From NCBI RefSeq assembly GCF_000981445.1, contig NC_027217.1, forward strand, positions 2,480,001 through 2,544,000: a stretch of DNA of 64,000 nt, given 5' to 3'. A model generated the notes under the pieces. The model was not told the origin of the DNA and made no database searches. It saw only the letters and a program-made list of their open reading frames with translations. The translations under genes and the position numbers were made by a program. Position 1 is the stretch's first letter; every line of letters begins with the position of its first letter. The stretch is from Babesia bigemina. Lineage: Eukaryota. Shown piece by piece: positions 11,193 to 23,000 of this stretch.

Positions 11193-11672
11193 ATGGGCCG
11201 GCGCAAAAACCGCTGGGTACTGGCGAAGGTCAATCTACAGGATCAGACCCAGGAAGCCGCGGCGTCGGCGCGCATATTTACGCGGGAAGCTTTCGACACC
11301 GAAATCACGCGCATCTGCGACGTGCTTTTCGGCAGCATCGGAGGGGGATACGTCGCGGACGCGACCAACGTCGTCCTCGTCAACGAAACGGAATCCCTCG
11401 TGCTTCTGCAGACGAAACGGTGCTTCCTGCCTAAAGTCATTTGTGTGCTGCGCTGTCTAGAGCGCGTGCAAAAGGTCCCCGTGACGGTTGACGTGCTGCA
11501 CATCGGCGGGACTCTGCATCAGTGCAAGAAGCTGCTCTTCTCCAAGCTGCTCAGAACTTTGTCGCAGCTCCAAGCGCTCACACTGGGGCAATCGGCACCT
11601 AAACCGGCGTTCACTCACAAAACGTTGGAGGCGATAAAGGAGGTCGAGAAGCTACGAAATCCGACGACCTAA
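11193..11672 (+). CDS. POP5: RNase P/MRP subunit, Pop5/Rpp14 family
   Basis: N-terminal MGRRKNRWVL, then LFGSIG and VLHIGGTLHQCKK, matching the Rpp14/Pop5 pattern. Confidence 0.8.
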   Translation: MGRRKNRWVLAKVNLQDQTQEAAASARIFTREAFDTEITRICDVLFGSIGGGYVADATNVVLVNETESLVLLQTKRCFLPKVICVLRCLERVQKVPVTVDVLHIGGTLHQCKKLLFSKLLRTLSQLQALTLGQSAPKPAFTHKTLEAIKEVEKLRNPTT

Positions 11673-11928
11673 AGGCGGTAGACAGCCTAGGCAAGCTATA
11701 AGCGAATTCAGGATCACAAAACCCTGTTCCCTAAATTCAAACGCTCCGAAATCAAGTCACATACACATCGCTAAGCAACGCGCATATCGGCCACCTTTTT
11801 TCAAATTTTTTCAAATTGGGTCTTCGCAACTGTTAGTCGCATCCAATCAGGTGTGATTGAAGCTGGCATATGTGAATCAGCGTTACGGTTGCTAAATCTG
11901 AGTTCGTATTTGGATAAGGGCATTCAAG

Positions 11929-12421
11929 ATGGTCTCATCAACGGTCTACTGCACTCCCAAATCACTCGTTAGAGTGTGCAGGCGGTTCTACAGCCCGGAG
12001 GTGAAGGACCACTTCTACAAGCCACGCAACGTCGGAAGCTTCGACAAAAACGATCCCAGGGTCGGGACTGCCGTGGTAGGAAAGGCGGCGTGCGGCGACG
12101 TCATCAAGTTCCAAGTCAAGGTGGAGGATGGCGTCATCAAGGATGCATGCTTCAAAACCTTCGGCTGCGGGTCGGCGATTGCGAGCAGCTCGTACGTGAC
12201 TGAGCTCATCAAGGGCAAGACTTGCGCCGAAGCCGCTGCGATTAAAAACACCGACATAGCAGGTAGGAACGCAACGGAATACGTAACATTGCCTCGCAGA
12301 GGTCCTCAGCTTGCCACCCGTCAAAGTGCACTGCAGCCTGCTGGCGGAGGACGCCGTGAAGATGGCGCTCAAGAACTACGAGGAAAAGAACAAACTGAAC
12401 ACGCCGAAGGAAGACGCGTGA
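11929..12421 (+). CDS. ISCU: Mitochondrial Fe-S cluster scaffold IscU
   Basis: YS..VKDHFYKPRNVGS, ACGDV and FKTFGCGSAIASSS. Removing intron 12263-12299 restores LPPVKVHCS. Confidence 0.97.
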
Positions 12422-12731
12422 GGATCAGCGCATTGATGGCAATCGAGTCGTCGACTGGTGCGGTACTGTGCCGTCGAACTGCTCGCCAGGGAGGTGGATG
12501 CCACCTGCACTAATTTATCTAGGTTGCCTAACCACTGTGTGTTGCAGCCAATGTGCGCCTGCTGTGCGTAACCATCACTTTGTGGCCAAAGGCGCGCCAT
12601 CTGCATGTTCCGGTGCACCGACCGTGCGCGGTGGACCTGGAATACACGTGTATCGTAACATTATTACGCTGAACTGTGACTGTAATCTACTAGTCAGTCG
12701 GTATTCCCCATCGGTGCATTGCGTGCGAAGG

Positions 12732-13412
12732 TTATACCCTCCTGCGGCGCCTAGGGCGCACTGAGTTTATGCCCGTCTTGGGGAGGCGTGGCTCGTGTAT
12801 CAGCTGGCCAACCTGCAGGCCCTCTGCCTGGAAGGCTTGCAGCACCGTCTCTATCCGCATAAGCCTGCGGAATTTGACGTCGACGGCAAAGACCCCCAGG
12901 CGTTTGCACTTCTTGGCCATGTTCTCACCGATGCGATATGCGCAGCGCTCAGTCTGCTGCTGCTTCTTGTTGATGCCGACATTGCCAGCGAACGATCCAA
13001 ACACTGTGCGCTTGTCACGGCTGCGATTCACCAGCTGCGCATGTACGTTGTTCTTGGAGGTGGTGAGCACCAGCATGAAGCGGTCGGTGGGTAGCGCGAT
13101 GAAACCGTGGCTGTTGCGGTCCACGTTGTGGAACTCGGGCAGGCCGCCGTACTTCTTGTAACGCTGAAGGTGGCCGGGAAAGTTTTTCAACTCGGCCTTC
13201 GTCAACATCCGGTTCTTGCCCGGCAGAGCAGAGGTGATGGCGTTCAGCTTAGCGGCGCTGCCGGCGGCGAACTCACGTCTTAAAATCGACTGAGTCCACG
13301 AGGTTGCGATAGAGGAACATCCTAACTTAAATCCAGGTTCCGGATGACATTGTGGTTGGCTCGAACTTGGCACAGCGCCAAACAGTCGGCGTGCATAATT
13401 GCAAAATCTCAT
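12732..13412 (-). CDS. MRPS11: Mitochondrial ribosomal protein uS11m
   Basis: TTSKNNVHAQL, FAGNVG and C-terminal NSVRPRRRRRV typical of S11, with a presequence-like N-terminus. Confidence 0.87.
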   Translation of the reverse strand: MRFCNYARRLFGAVPSSSQPQCHPEPGFKLGCSSIATSWTQSILRREFAAGSAAKLNAITSALPGKNRMLTKAELKNFPGHLQRYKKYGGLPEFHNVDRNSHGFIALPTDRFMLVLTTSKNNVHAQLVNRSRDKRTVFGSFAGNVGINKKQQQTERCAYRIGENMAKKCKRLGVFAVDVKFRRLMRIETVLQAFQAEGLQVGQLIHEPRLPKTGINSVRPRRRRRV

Positions 13413-14026
13413 CAAGACGCTGGTTCAAAGTATCCTAAGCACTTCAAATGATCCAGAATTGGTATCCGTAACACATTTATCGGTGCTAATATAACTTACA
13501 TTTCCGTGTGATGATTAATTTGGTTGCAATGGTACGAACAATGTCTGCGAACTGACCGGATCCACTTCCTCGATACACGATTGGCGTGGACAAGCGACAC
13601 TCGAGATTCTACACCACTATTGAGATGCTGCAACCAGGCACTGATGGTCAGCCGGTAGCGAATTTACTATGAAGGTGCCCAGGTCATACATCGACCATGT
13701 GTAGCACCGGAGACAATCCGCTGGAGGACGTCAGTGTCTGCTGCAAAGTTTACAGCCACCACGCCAAACACAAAAATATGCAGTTTTGAGCATAACAGTA
13801 CGACGAAGACGGTTTCCGAATCAATTTCGCGCCACACATACCAACACCCCTTTTGCACATCGCTGCCTGGCATGTAGGCGGCGTGACTCGCGGCGGCCCC
13901 TCTCAAAAAATTTTTAACAATGTGATTCGGAACGTCACTACCCATCGAATAAGTGTATGCGGTGTACAATACTAGACAGGGCTCTTTAGCCGACGGAAGG
14001 TGTGCCTCGGCACTCGACATCCTATA

Positions 14027-15925
14027 ATGGCGACCCATTTCTCCAGCTCCGCCAGCATATTGCTCATACAGAGCATATATGGATCCTGGAACAGCAACTG
14101 GCTGCTGGCGCCGGTGGAGGCGGCGCTTAACGCGTCGCGGACGGTCACGCTGAACGACCTTCCAAACGCGACAATGCCACTCAAAGAATCGGCCATCGAC
14201 GGGCCTATTCAAGGCGCACTCAAGGATAATGAAGTCATGTTCCCAATGTACAAGTTGGAGCAATGTAGCACGTACGACTACATCGGCATGGATTTCCCCC
14301 GGGGAAGGCCACAATGCAATTCGCAGGACCATGACCACGACGACGACTTTGACCTGGTGGACGGGATAATAGCATCCTCCTCCACTTTGCACGGGAGTCC
14401 ATACGCGTCAAATATACGCTTCCGGCAGTGCAAGGTCGAGGCAACCGACCAAGGGGATACGGTGGTAATCACGGACGGGGTCATATATGACGTTACCAAG
14501 ATGATGTTTTACATCAATGCGCAGCTGTCGAGCGCCGCTGTCGCAGCTATTTTCGCGTACCTTGCAATCACACTGTGTGGGTTGTACCGTTTCATAGAGC
14601 TGTTGCGGGACTACGCACATGGATGTACGTGCCGTATATGCCGGCGGGAGTTCAGGCTGGTGCGGCCCATCGAGGGCGGAGCGAACGGGAAAATACATCT
14701 CGCGCGATTCGTGGGTGCGAAGTGCAACTTCGACCTCGAGGTGATACTGAAGAGCATACCCGTGGGGGACGTGTCTAGCATATCGGTCACGCAGGAAGAG
14801 TGCCGCAAGCTGCTCAGCCTGAACCACAGGTACGTCATGAAGTACTACGACGACTTCATCCACCGCGAGTGGGGATGGAACCCGCTTGGTCGCGCCACGC
14901 TGTACTGTGTCATCGTGACGGAGTTTTGCGAACGCGGAAGTCTGGCCGACCTCATCGAGCAGGAGTACGACACCTTCACGGAGGAGTACATCGTCACCTT
15001 GTTCAAGAAAATCGCAAAGGCGCTCAAGTACATCCACGAGCAATCGGTAATACACCGAGACATCAAAAGCCCCAATATCATGTTGAAAGCAAATAATGTA
15101 GTACGACTTGGTGATTTCGGACTGTCGGACACCTTCGCGACGAAAAGGTCACGGAGGCAAGCACGCCGTGTCAACATACTCGAAATAGCGGCCAAAACTA
15201 AGATCAATGCTAACCGGAGGGCCAAAGCGCCCATGGAAAGCCATGCGGATAGCTCACCGTCAAGCGTGTCACTGTCGACGCCAAGTCAAAACACGGATAG
15301 TGATTGCAAAGGCCCTTCAACGCCGAAGAACGATAAATTCGTCACCTACAGCAACGTGGAAGATGCGTCATCAACCAATACGTCTGTAGGGCGAGGTATG
15401 CACAGCGACGGGGAGACAACGTACGAGCTGTCAGATTGGGTCTCGCCGTTCAGCTCAGGAGAACTCGATGATTGTGCAGACACCGCGGCAGAGGATCACG
15501 ATGTTCCAAACCCGGTGATAAATGCCACTAGCTGCCGTCGCGAGAAGACGCAAAGCACACTGGCCTTCTACGAGGAAGGCTCCTCCAACCAGAAGCCCAT
15601 AGGCACACATTGCTACATGGCCCCGGAGAGCATCAAAAAGTGCGTCTATGGCAGGGCAGGCGACATCTGGGCTCTGGGCTGCGTGCTATTGGAGATGTGT
15701 AGCGGTGTGTTTATGTGGGAGCTGACTTACAACCTCGGCGAATGCCCCGAAAACGTCCCTATACTCGTCTCGCAGCTGCCACCAATGATCTCCAGGAGCA
15801 CGAGAGTGCTAATTTCCAGGATGCTGTCGGTAGATCCGAAACTGAGGCCTTCAGCAGCTCAGGTGCTCAAGTCGCCTGCCGTCAAAGGAATCACGTCCAA
15901 TCGTGCAACGCAGGATCCGAGATGA
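14027..15925 (+). CDS. Ser/Thr protein kinase, NEK-like, with N-terminal transmembrane segment
   Basis: IEGGANG, VILK, QEECRKLLSLNH, VTEFCERGSL, IHRDIKSPNI, LGDFGLS, YMAPE and DIWALGC. TM segment AAVAAIFAYLAITLCGLY. Confidence 0.9.
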   Translation: MATHFSSSASILLIQSIYGSWNSNWLLAPVEAALNASRTVTLNDLPNATMPLKESAIDGPIQGALKDNEVMFPMYKLEQCSTYDYIGMDFPRGRPQCNSQDHDHDDDFDLVDGIIASSSTLHGSPYASNIRFRQCKVEATDQGDTVVITDGVIYDVTKMMFYINAQLSSAAVAAIFAYLAITLCGLYRFIELLRDYAHGCTCRICRREFRLVRPIEGGANGKIHLARFVGAKCNFDLEVILKSIPVGDVSSISVTQEECRKLLSLNHRYVMKYYDDFIHREWGWNPLGRATLYCVIVTEFCERGSLADLIEQEYDTFTEEYIVTLFKKIAKALKYIHEQSVIHRDIKSPNIMLKANNVVRLGDFGLSDTFATKRSRRQARRVNILEIAAKTKINANRRAKAPMESHADSSPSSVSLSTPSQNTDSDCKGPSTPKNDKFVTYSNVEDASSTNTSVGRGMHSDGETTYELSDWVSPFSSGELDDCADTAAEDHDVPNPVINATSCRREKTQSTLAFYEEGSSNQKPIGTHCYMAPESIKKCVYGRAGDIWALGCVLLEMCSGVFMWELTYNLGECPENVPILVSQLPPMISRSTRVLISRMLSVDPKLRPSAAQVLKSPAVKGITSNRATQDPR

Positions 15926-16137
15926 GTCCCCGTGCAACCCACATCACGAACACCAAATATTGTATCTAATCATTGACGTAGCAGTCTCAGAGATTATGTG
16001 CGTGCCCTAGTGACCGGTGACCGAGATAGTGCTGCTTTGTAAACGGCTCCAGTCACTCTGGGTGTTTATATGAGATGTACTACGTTGATTTTGCTGTAGC
16101 TTCCAAAATGCCGATATGGCAAGTGTCTCGTTGACTA

Positions 16138-16371
16138 TTACTGCAGATTCTTCGGCGCATTACGACCGTAAAGCTCGTATATGTCCGGAGCATCATACGA
16201 GTCATCCTTGGGAACGTTAAACAAAACAGTACTGAAGTTGTACTTAACCTGCTCAAAAGGCCACTTCCTGGCGTCTATCATAGCTAACACTATCAACGAG
16301 ATGCACACGGCAGCGGCTAGGCAGCCGAGAGCTATGCCAATATTTGTTTTTTTTTGCTCCTGGTCAGACAT
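16138..16371 (-). CDS. 77-aa single-TM microprotein (paralog A)
   Basis: MSDQEQKKTN-TM-MIDARKWPFE...YELYG; shares motifs with the ORF at 18201-18404. Confidence 0.7.
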   Translation of the reverse strand: MSDQEQKKTNIGIALGCLAAAVCISLIVLAMIDARKWPFEQVKYNFSTVLFNVPKDDSYDAPDIYELYGRNAPKNLQ

Positions 16372-18200
16372 CCCCGCACAGCAATGAACGACGTACCTCG
16401 ACGGTGGGCGTGACACGTGAAACGCAATAAGCTCTGCGTTTTTAGGTATAACGTGTATGATATACCAAATACACCGCCCGCTGCCGATTAGAGGAAAGGA
16501 ACGTTGGACATCGCCAGCCCTGTGTCTATGCATGACATGACAGGCGATGACAGATCCAAGGCACCACGACGGTAATCGTGCGTAATCGTTCTCTGCTGTG
16601 TAGCACGGAACGCGCTAATGCGTTACCAAGACGTGAAGTGTTGGATTCCACGTCAGTGCTGCGTGTTGAACGCGAGGCAGGAAAGGTGAGATGTGACTTG
16701 GCGGAATAACACACGGAATCTCATGTGGCGTTGTGGGATTTCGACGGCATATTTTGTGAGTGCAATCACTTAGTCCATTGCGTGTGATATAGGACATTGC
16801 CGAACGCCGTTTGCCTTAATAGAAAGATGCGTCGCACACAGAACGTCTGCATTTACCGACCTTCTGCGGACAATTGGGTATTATAATGCGCCACTGAATT
16901 ATTATTGCGGCATACATAGACATCTGACGTGTCAGGTCGTTTGTAAAGCCTTCGGCTCTGTTATTTTAGATGTCGCACGTCGTCGCTGCCTTGATTCGTG
17001 ATTCCGACAGCTTTAAGCACTAATCATCAGCACAGATGAATAATAAATGGTGCTTTTATTTAGGAAACGCGTGCCAAGCATCCACTGTTCAGTATCTGTT
17101 GCCTACACCGCTTTCCGTTGCCTCGTAACGGAGTGGCTTCCTCTGAATACCGCACTAACGGCGACAACATTTGTGCCACATTTAAAATTATATTAACGAT
17201 ATCCATTTTTAAGCTACAGAAGTAACTCAACATCATGGCTTCACCCGTCGTCAACGGCCGCCGTTTGCATATGCTCAGTACGGCGTGGATAGGACAGAAC
17301 AGTAATTATCCGTCATGTGTCTGATTTTGGACGTAAAAACCCATCAACCTGGTCCAACATTCACCGCCGGAGAACTATTTCATGCTCTTTTGCGAGACGT
17401 TATATCCTTCTCATGTCCATTGCTGAGCTGTTGCCGGCGTTGATGCCTGCTCAACGCTGATGGTACGCCTAGAATATAGTTCAAATCTTGCAATAAGCAG
17501 TATTTAGTTACGCAGGCCAGCAGCTTATCCGAAATCCTTGCGAACAGACTCTTGCAAATGAATACATTCGGCGTCCACTTTTAAACCTAACGCTACAATC
17601 TCCACTGTCTACCGATCTGGAAATGGTCGACCAAAAAAACGACCTTCCAATGTGAAATGAGATTCCAAAATGCCATTTATGTTCCAGAATAAGGAAAGCA
17701 ATTCAATATAGGTATGTAAGAATACGTTCTACGTATTCGCATGCTTCATTATGTATGTAAGACCTAATCAGCGTAACAGCATACGTCACTTTAAATTAGA
17801 AGAGACAATGCAACAGTATGAAGATGTGTCTGACAGAATAAGCGACATTACACATTGCCACTACCACAGCATCTCGTTGAGTAGAGACGAACTCTGTATT
17901 ATATATTTAACAGTACTGAAGACGCGAAATGGACCAGCAGTTGTAATACATCCAATTATATGTTGTCGCAGTGAAGTTGACCTGTGTCTTATATCTTCAT
18001 ATAACGATCTACGCATGCGTCTAGTGGTATCCGGTGATAACGGATAGACAGACTTCCCTAGGTTCCTCGGCTACCATAGCTGTCTACAATGCGCTCTGTC
18101 AATTTGTAAGGATTTGAGCCGTACTAATTTGCAAAGGTAATTGGAGGTGAGTAGTGCCGCCTCTCACAACATCAGGTAGCTCGTTTATCGCACTGCAAGG

Positions 18201-18404
18201 ATGAGTAAAGACAGTAATAATAATGCGGACATGCCAGGTGCCGTAATTGCATTCCTCAGCCTCTTTTTGATGCTTGTCGGTATGGCGGTAGTAACGATGA
18301 TTTATCACGGAATATGGCCCTTCGAGAAAATCCACAACGAGCTATACGGCGTATCGGATATATCTGACCCTTACGAGCGGTTCCCGGCGAAAGACCAGTA
18401 TTAG
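18201..18404 (+). CDS. 67-aa single-TM microprotein (paralog B)
   Basis: MSKDSNNNAD-TM-MIYHGIWPFE...NELYG; possible 5'UTR intron (gtgagt...gcaag) just before the ATG. Confidence 0.7.
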   Translation: MSKDSNNNADMPGAVIAFLSLFLMLVGMAVVTMIYHGIWPFEKIHNELYGVSDISDPYERFPAKDQY

Positions 18405-20008
18405 GTTTACCTGTACGACTCATAATTCTAGTATCGCAATTGTTGTACGATTGGAATGCAGTGATTACGATTCTTTTCTGTTCTTAGATGGTTCAGCCAG
18501 AGCGTAGGATTTCAGCACTCCTTTAGTGCATACTGATCGTCACTCCAACGGTCTCATTTGGGTCGATCGCAGTTGCTCAAAAACACGAACAATAATAGAA
18601 CAGATGTCGGGCGATGTTGGCATTTCAATCTCCGTTTCACTCGTTAAAACAATCACTTGTATCTAGCAGATTTCGTCAACGTTGCTCCGACAACCTTTGG
18701 CCTGTACTATTTTGCATGTTATGATACTTCTATGGCTTCATTAGCATATATAAACGTATATGTAACGTCAAAATCCGTATGTGTGTGTTTTACGCAGTAT
18801 TATTGCGGTTTCACCGCGTAATCTTAGCTCCGTTCCACCGCGTTTGTTTAATTTTAAACTCATTTACCTGATATGCACTTATAACCAATGCAATCGATCA
18901 TATGCTGAGTGGCGTTACCACAATTATCAATATTATTAAACTGCTCAAACGTATAATTACCCCACTGGCACTCTTATGGTTCTTCGCATAACCAATCGTT
19001 GTATTACAGTAACTCACGGAACGCGGGAGGTTATTTCATCATTTGAATCTACCAGTTAGTGACAGATATAGCTGAAATATGTGTATTTACAGCATTCTGC
19101 ACGATTATGTTACGTGCAAAACGAATAGGACATAATTAGTCAATTGACATTTTCCAGTAATGCAGCCATCAGCATAAAACAGGGAAACGATGGTACAGAA
19201 ACCCGGATTATGCAAAGATGTGGAGCTAGAAATTTGTTTATACATCATTAAGGTGCACGTATATCGAAAGTATCCTTAGTTTTAAGCTGCTGCAACTGAA
19301 GGTGCATTGTCACCAGAGTACCCACTGCACAACTCTGTAACACACGTTTCATCTATATATCTCATCACAAAGTAACTAATAGAAATACAGTTGCAGTAGT
19401 CTTTGCCTGATATATACATTTCATACAGCGATGTGTTCTGAAGCTCCAAAATGTTACGGCAAAACTACCTTCCGTAACTGGTGAAACTTGTTCACAAGAC
19501 TATGCACCCAGTCTGCGTTACGTCTGAAGTCGGCTACTATGTGTTACGTTATTGGTTGTACAGATCATAGCGAGATCTTCGGAAGACGTGCCATTCGTTA
19601 CGTGGTATATACGGCATCTGCCTGATTATCGGGGCGTTACCACGCTACCGTATATTTATACTTATTACGCGACTAACTTTTTTTGTCATAACAACGCTAC
19701 GTTTTTATTATTGTTACTCGCACTGTTGAACGCAGTACGAAGCAGTGTACAAAGCGTTACAATCCCAGGACATCTGAACTGTGATGACGGTTGATGTATA
19801 GACAACCATACACCGACCACCTACATTGGCATATACATCATCTACCAACGTATACGCTATTCGACGTAATACAACCATCTATGATTACAAAATTGTGACT
19901 TAATACATATCTATACATTAGTCTGTACATGAGCTGCCATTAACTCATTGTACCAGACGAACCGCTGATTCAGCATCACCAGGCACGTAGATCATAGCAT
20001 CCTCAAGT

Positions 20009-23000
20009 TCACTTTCTTTTCAAGGTGACAGACGTTCTCATGCGCCTTATGAAAGACGCCTGTGTGTTTGTAGTCTCGACGCGTTCGATGTTCGGTCGCA
20101 CCGGGTTGGGGTTTTGGGTCGGGACCCTGCCTAACTGATCGCTTTCGTACACATGGGTGAACTGCTCAACGTCACCCAGGAGAAGGTTCGAGAATCCCTC
20201 GACAACGGTAATGAGCATATTCACGACACCGATGAGGGGGGAGATGGCACAGTGGGCAAGGTTAAGTGCGAACCCCATAGATTTCTTCATGCAGGTGTTG
20301 TCAGCCGAATCGGAATTCGACAGGTCCACGATTAACTTTTTCCACGGCCTGTACAAGACGTGCAGGATGATCAGGTTCATCCCCAACCACAAGGCGTCGA
20401 GTATGCCCTGAGGCTTGGCCCGCTGCCCGCCAATGATCTTGTGGAAAATGTTGAGGAAGTTACCGAGGCTCTGAGTGGTGCCGCCAGTAATGTACAGCAT
20501 GAACAACATGATTCCATTTCCCACGCCAATGGCAAACCCTTCCAGGGCGTTCTTGAATTTGAGCGCTGTTTGCACAGGTCGGGTTACCAGCAGTATGACG
20601 CCCTTGACGAATCCATACAGCACGGCAAACGTGTTGGAGAGCCACGCTGTGGGCAGGGACTGCCTGATCAGCTGCCGCAAGTACGAGTGCCGCAGGGAAT
20701 GCATAAGCTCGCCCCAACTAACGATGAGGTATGACCTCGTCTCCCCAGTGAAGTGTACACAGACGCAGGGCGTGTCAAGCGGCAGGGCGTCCAGGACCCT
20801 CATGGTTCGGTGAGTTAGCTGGGTAGAGGACGTGCGAATGGCCAAGCTTAGCGTTATAGGCTCTACCGCGAGCCTACGAATGTAGACAGGCGACGCAGGC
20901 TCCATCTCCACCCACTTCGGTTCCGGCATCACCAGGCAGTTGTTACGAGCCACATCAGTCGACTCGGATGCGACATTTCTCAGCGGCAGCCTCAGCATAT
21001 TCTCTATGGAATCCACCAGCTGCTCTATCACAGCCATCTCTATGTTGATGGAGAGTGGCGACAGCTTGACCTGGATGGTCTCGTATATGGGCAGCCCCCG
21101 CGTCATGAAATTTGACAACGACATCCGAATATTGAGGAACGACTCCTGCATGGACGATCTCTTGGCAGAGCTTTTGAGAATGACCGGAATGTACCCCTGA
21201 ACGAAGTGGTCGATGTGGATGCTTTGTATCGTGGCCTCCAAGTCGACCATGCTACACCTGGAGGATTCCAGCTCCATCGACCCCCTGACCTCCCGCTCGA
21301 TGGTGTCGTATTTCGACGGTGCGATAGAGAGTGTGGCGGAGGTGTTGGTGAGGTGCAGGGCGAGAATGACCTTGCGTTTGGTCGACAGCGTCACCGTTAT
21401 CCTTGGGGTCAGGAAGTTGAAGTTGATGCTGGACCACTGCAGTTTAGGCCCGACTGACAACGACGAACCTCCCATGCGGTTCAGATCCATAGCCGCTGAT
21501 TTGGAGTTGACGATCGCGATGATGCGGGTGCCGTTAGAACGAATCATGATGGTGGCGTACAGGAAGAGCGTCTTGCGCTGCTCAACGAATTTGATGGCGT
21601 GGCACCCCTCCCTTACGAAATCGACTCGCTGCACACTCCAGTCACACGTATCGACGTGCAGCACCTTCAGACAGACTTGCAGCACCTCCTGAGATTTGGA
21701 AATGGCGGCGGGAACGTAGTGCGTGATGCAAGTAGGCGGCAGGATGCCGATTTTGTTCATCGGCGTCCTCTCCCAGGACTGCTCGTACGACTGGTAGCTC
21801 TCCACTTGCTGCGATTCGACGGATCGCATGTTCTCGGGCACGCTGTACGCCAATGTGTGGTTGGTCAGGTTGAGGATCTGGTACTGCGGCTTGTCAGGCA
21901 GCGAGAGCACGAAGTAGTACCCGTTGTAGCTGTACGGCATCTTGGAGCCCTCAAACACCCCTGATACCACGTTCACTTGGACCAGGAGCCCCCTCGTGGC
22001 CACAGTCGAATAGGTGATGTTGTTCGAGTTGAGCTCCAGCTGGAACATGTGCGGCAGCCGTGGATACTGCAGCGTGAAGAGGCCGCTGCACAAGTCGTTC
22101 TCCACCTTGATGATGTAGGCGCATTGCAACGATACGTTTAGGGCGCCTGACTCCCCTGGCAAGATCAGCAAGTCGTTGCATTCGCCGTCCGATGGCGGGT
22201 CCAGGTACTGGTCGTTTGGCGGGGCGCCCCTCACGCAGATCGTGAATGGCAGCCTGTTGACGAAAGTGTACATGTTCGATACGCTCACGATCTTGCACAT
22301 GTTGTACGGATATTCCGCGTACCGCACGGTTGAACCCAGACACACGATGGCGTTGCCGCACGCTGTGGTCTCGGTGTCTTCCATAGTTGCGGTATGTTGT
22401 TGGGGAAACTCGTTAAGCGTGGATTGCCGACCGTCTGAGAACGTCTTTTGCAGCGCGTACCGCTTCGCGTGATAGATATTGCTGGCGTTGACGACATTCC
22501 CCAAAATCCCTTCCACGTTCGACGTCGCTTCGGAAAAGGCCATGCGCGACAACGTGCGGTTCTTGAGCGGCACCACAAGGTTGATGGGCGGCCTGAAGTC
22601 GGTGGTGGACGTGACGTCGAGCTTCACGCTTTGGCTCAGCGCGCAGGAGGCCTGCTTCGTCCAGTCGCCGGATTTGTACGTGTACATGATGGCCTGGATC
22701 CGGCAAGTCGAGGCGTCATTCAGGTTGCCGTAGATCCTCGATCTGGGCATTAACAGGCGGCCGTTGATCAGGAGCGAGTTTTGCGACATGTTTTCGAATA
22801 TGAACGGCCACCATATCCGTATCTCATGCCGGGAAAGGTCGACCGTTACGGCCATTGACCTGAAGTGATCTGAGAAGTCCATGAGCGCCTCCGCGTGTGC
22901 CTGGTAGACACTCTGCAACAGGCCTTCAACGGATCCCTTATGCAGCTTTAGCGTTTTGACAACGCTGGTGGCGCCGGAAGCGGGCAAAAACACCGGGAAC

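Noticed and set aside
13667..14392. 241-aa minus-strand ORF overlapping the kinase start
   Set aside because: Non-ATG start, antisense overlap, no motifs
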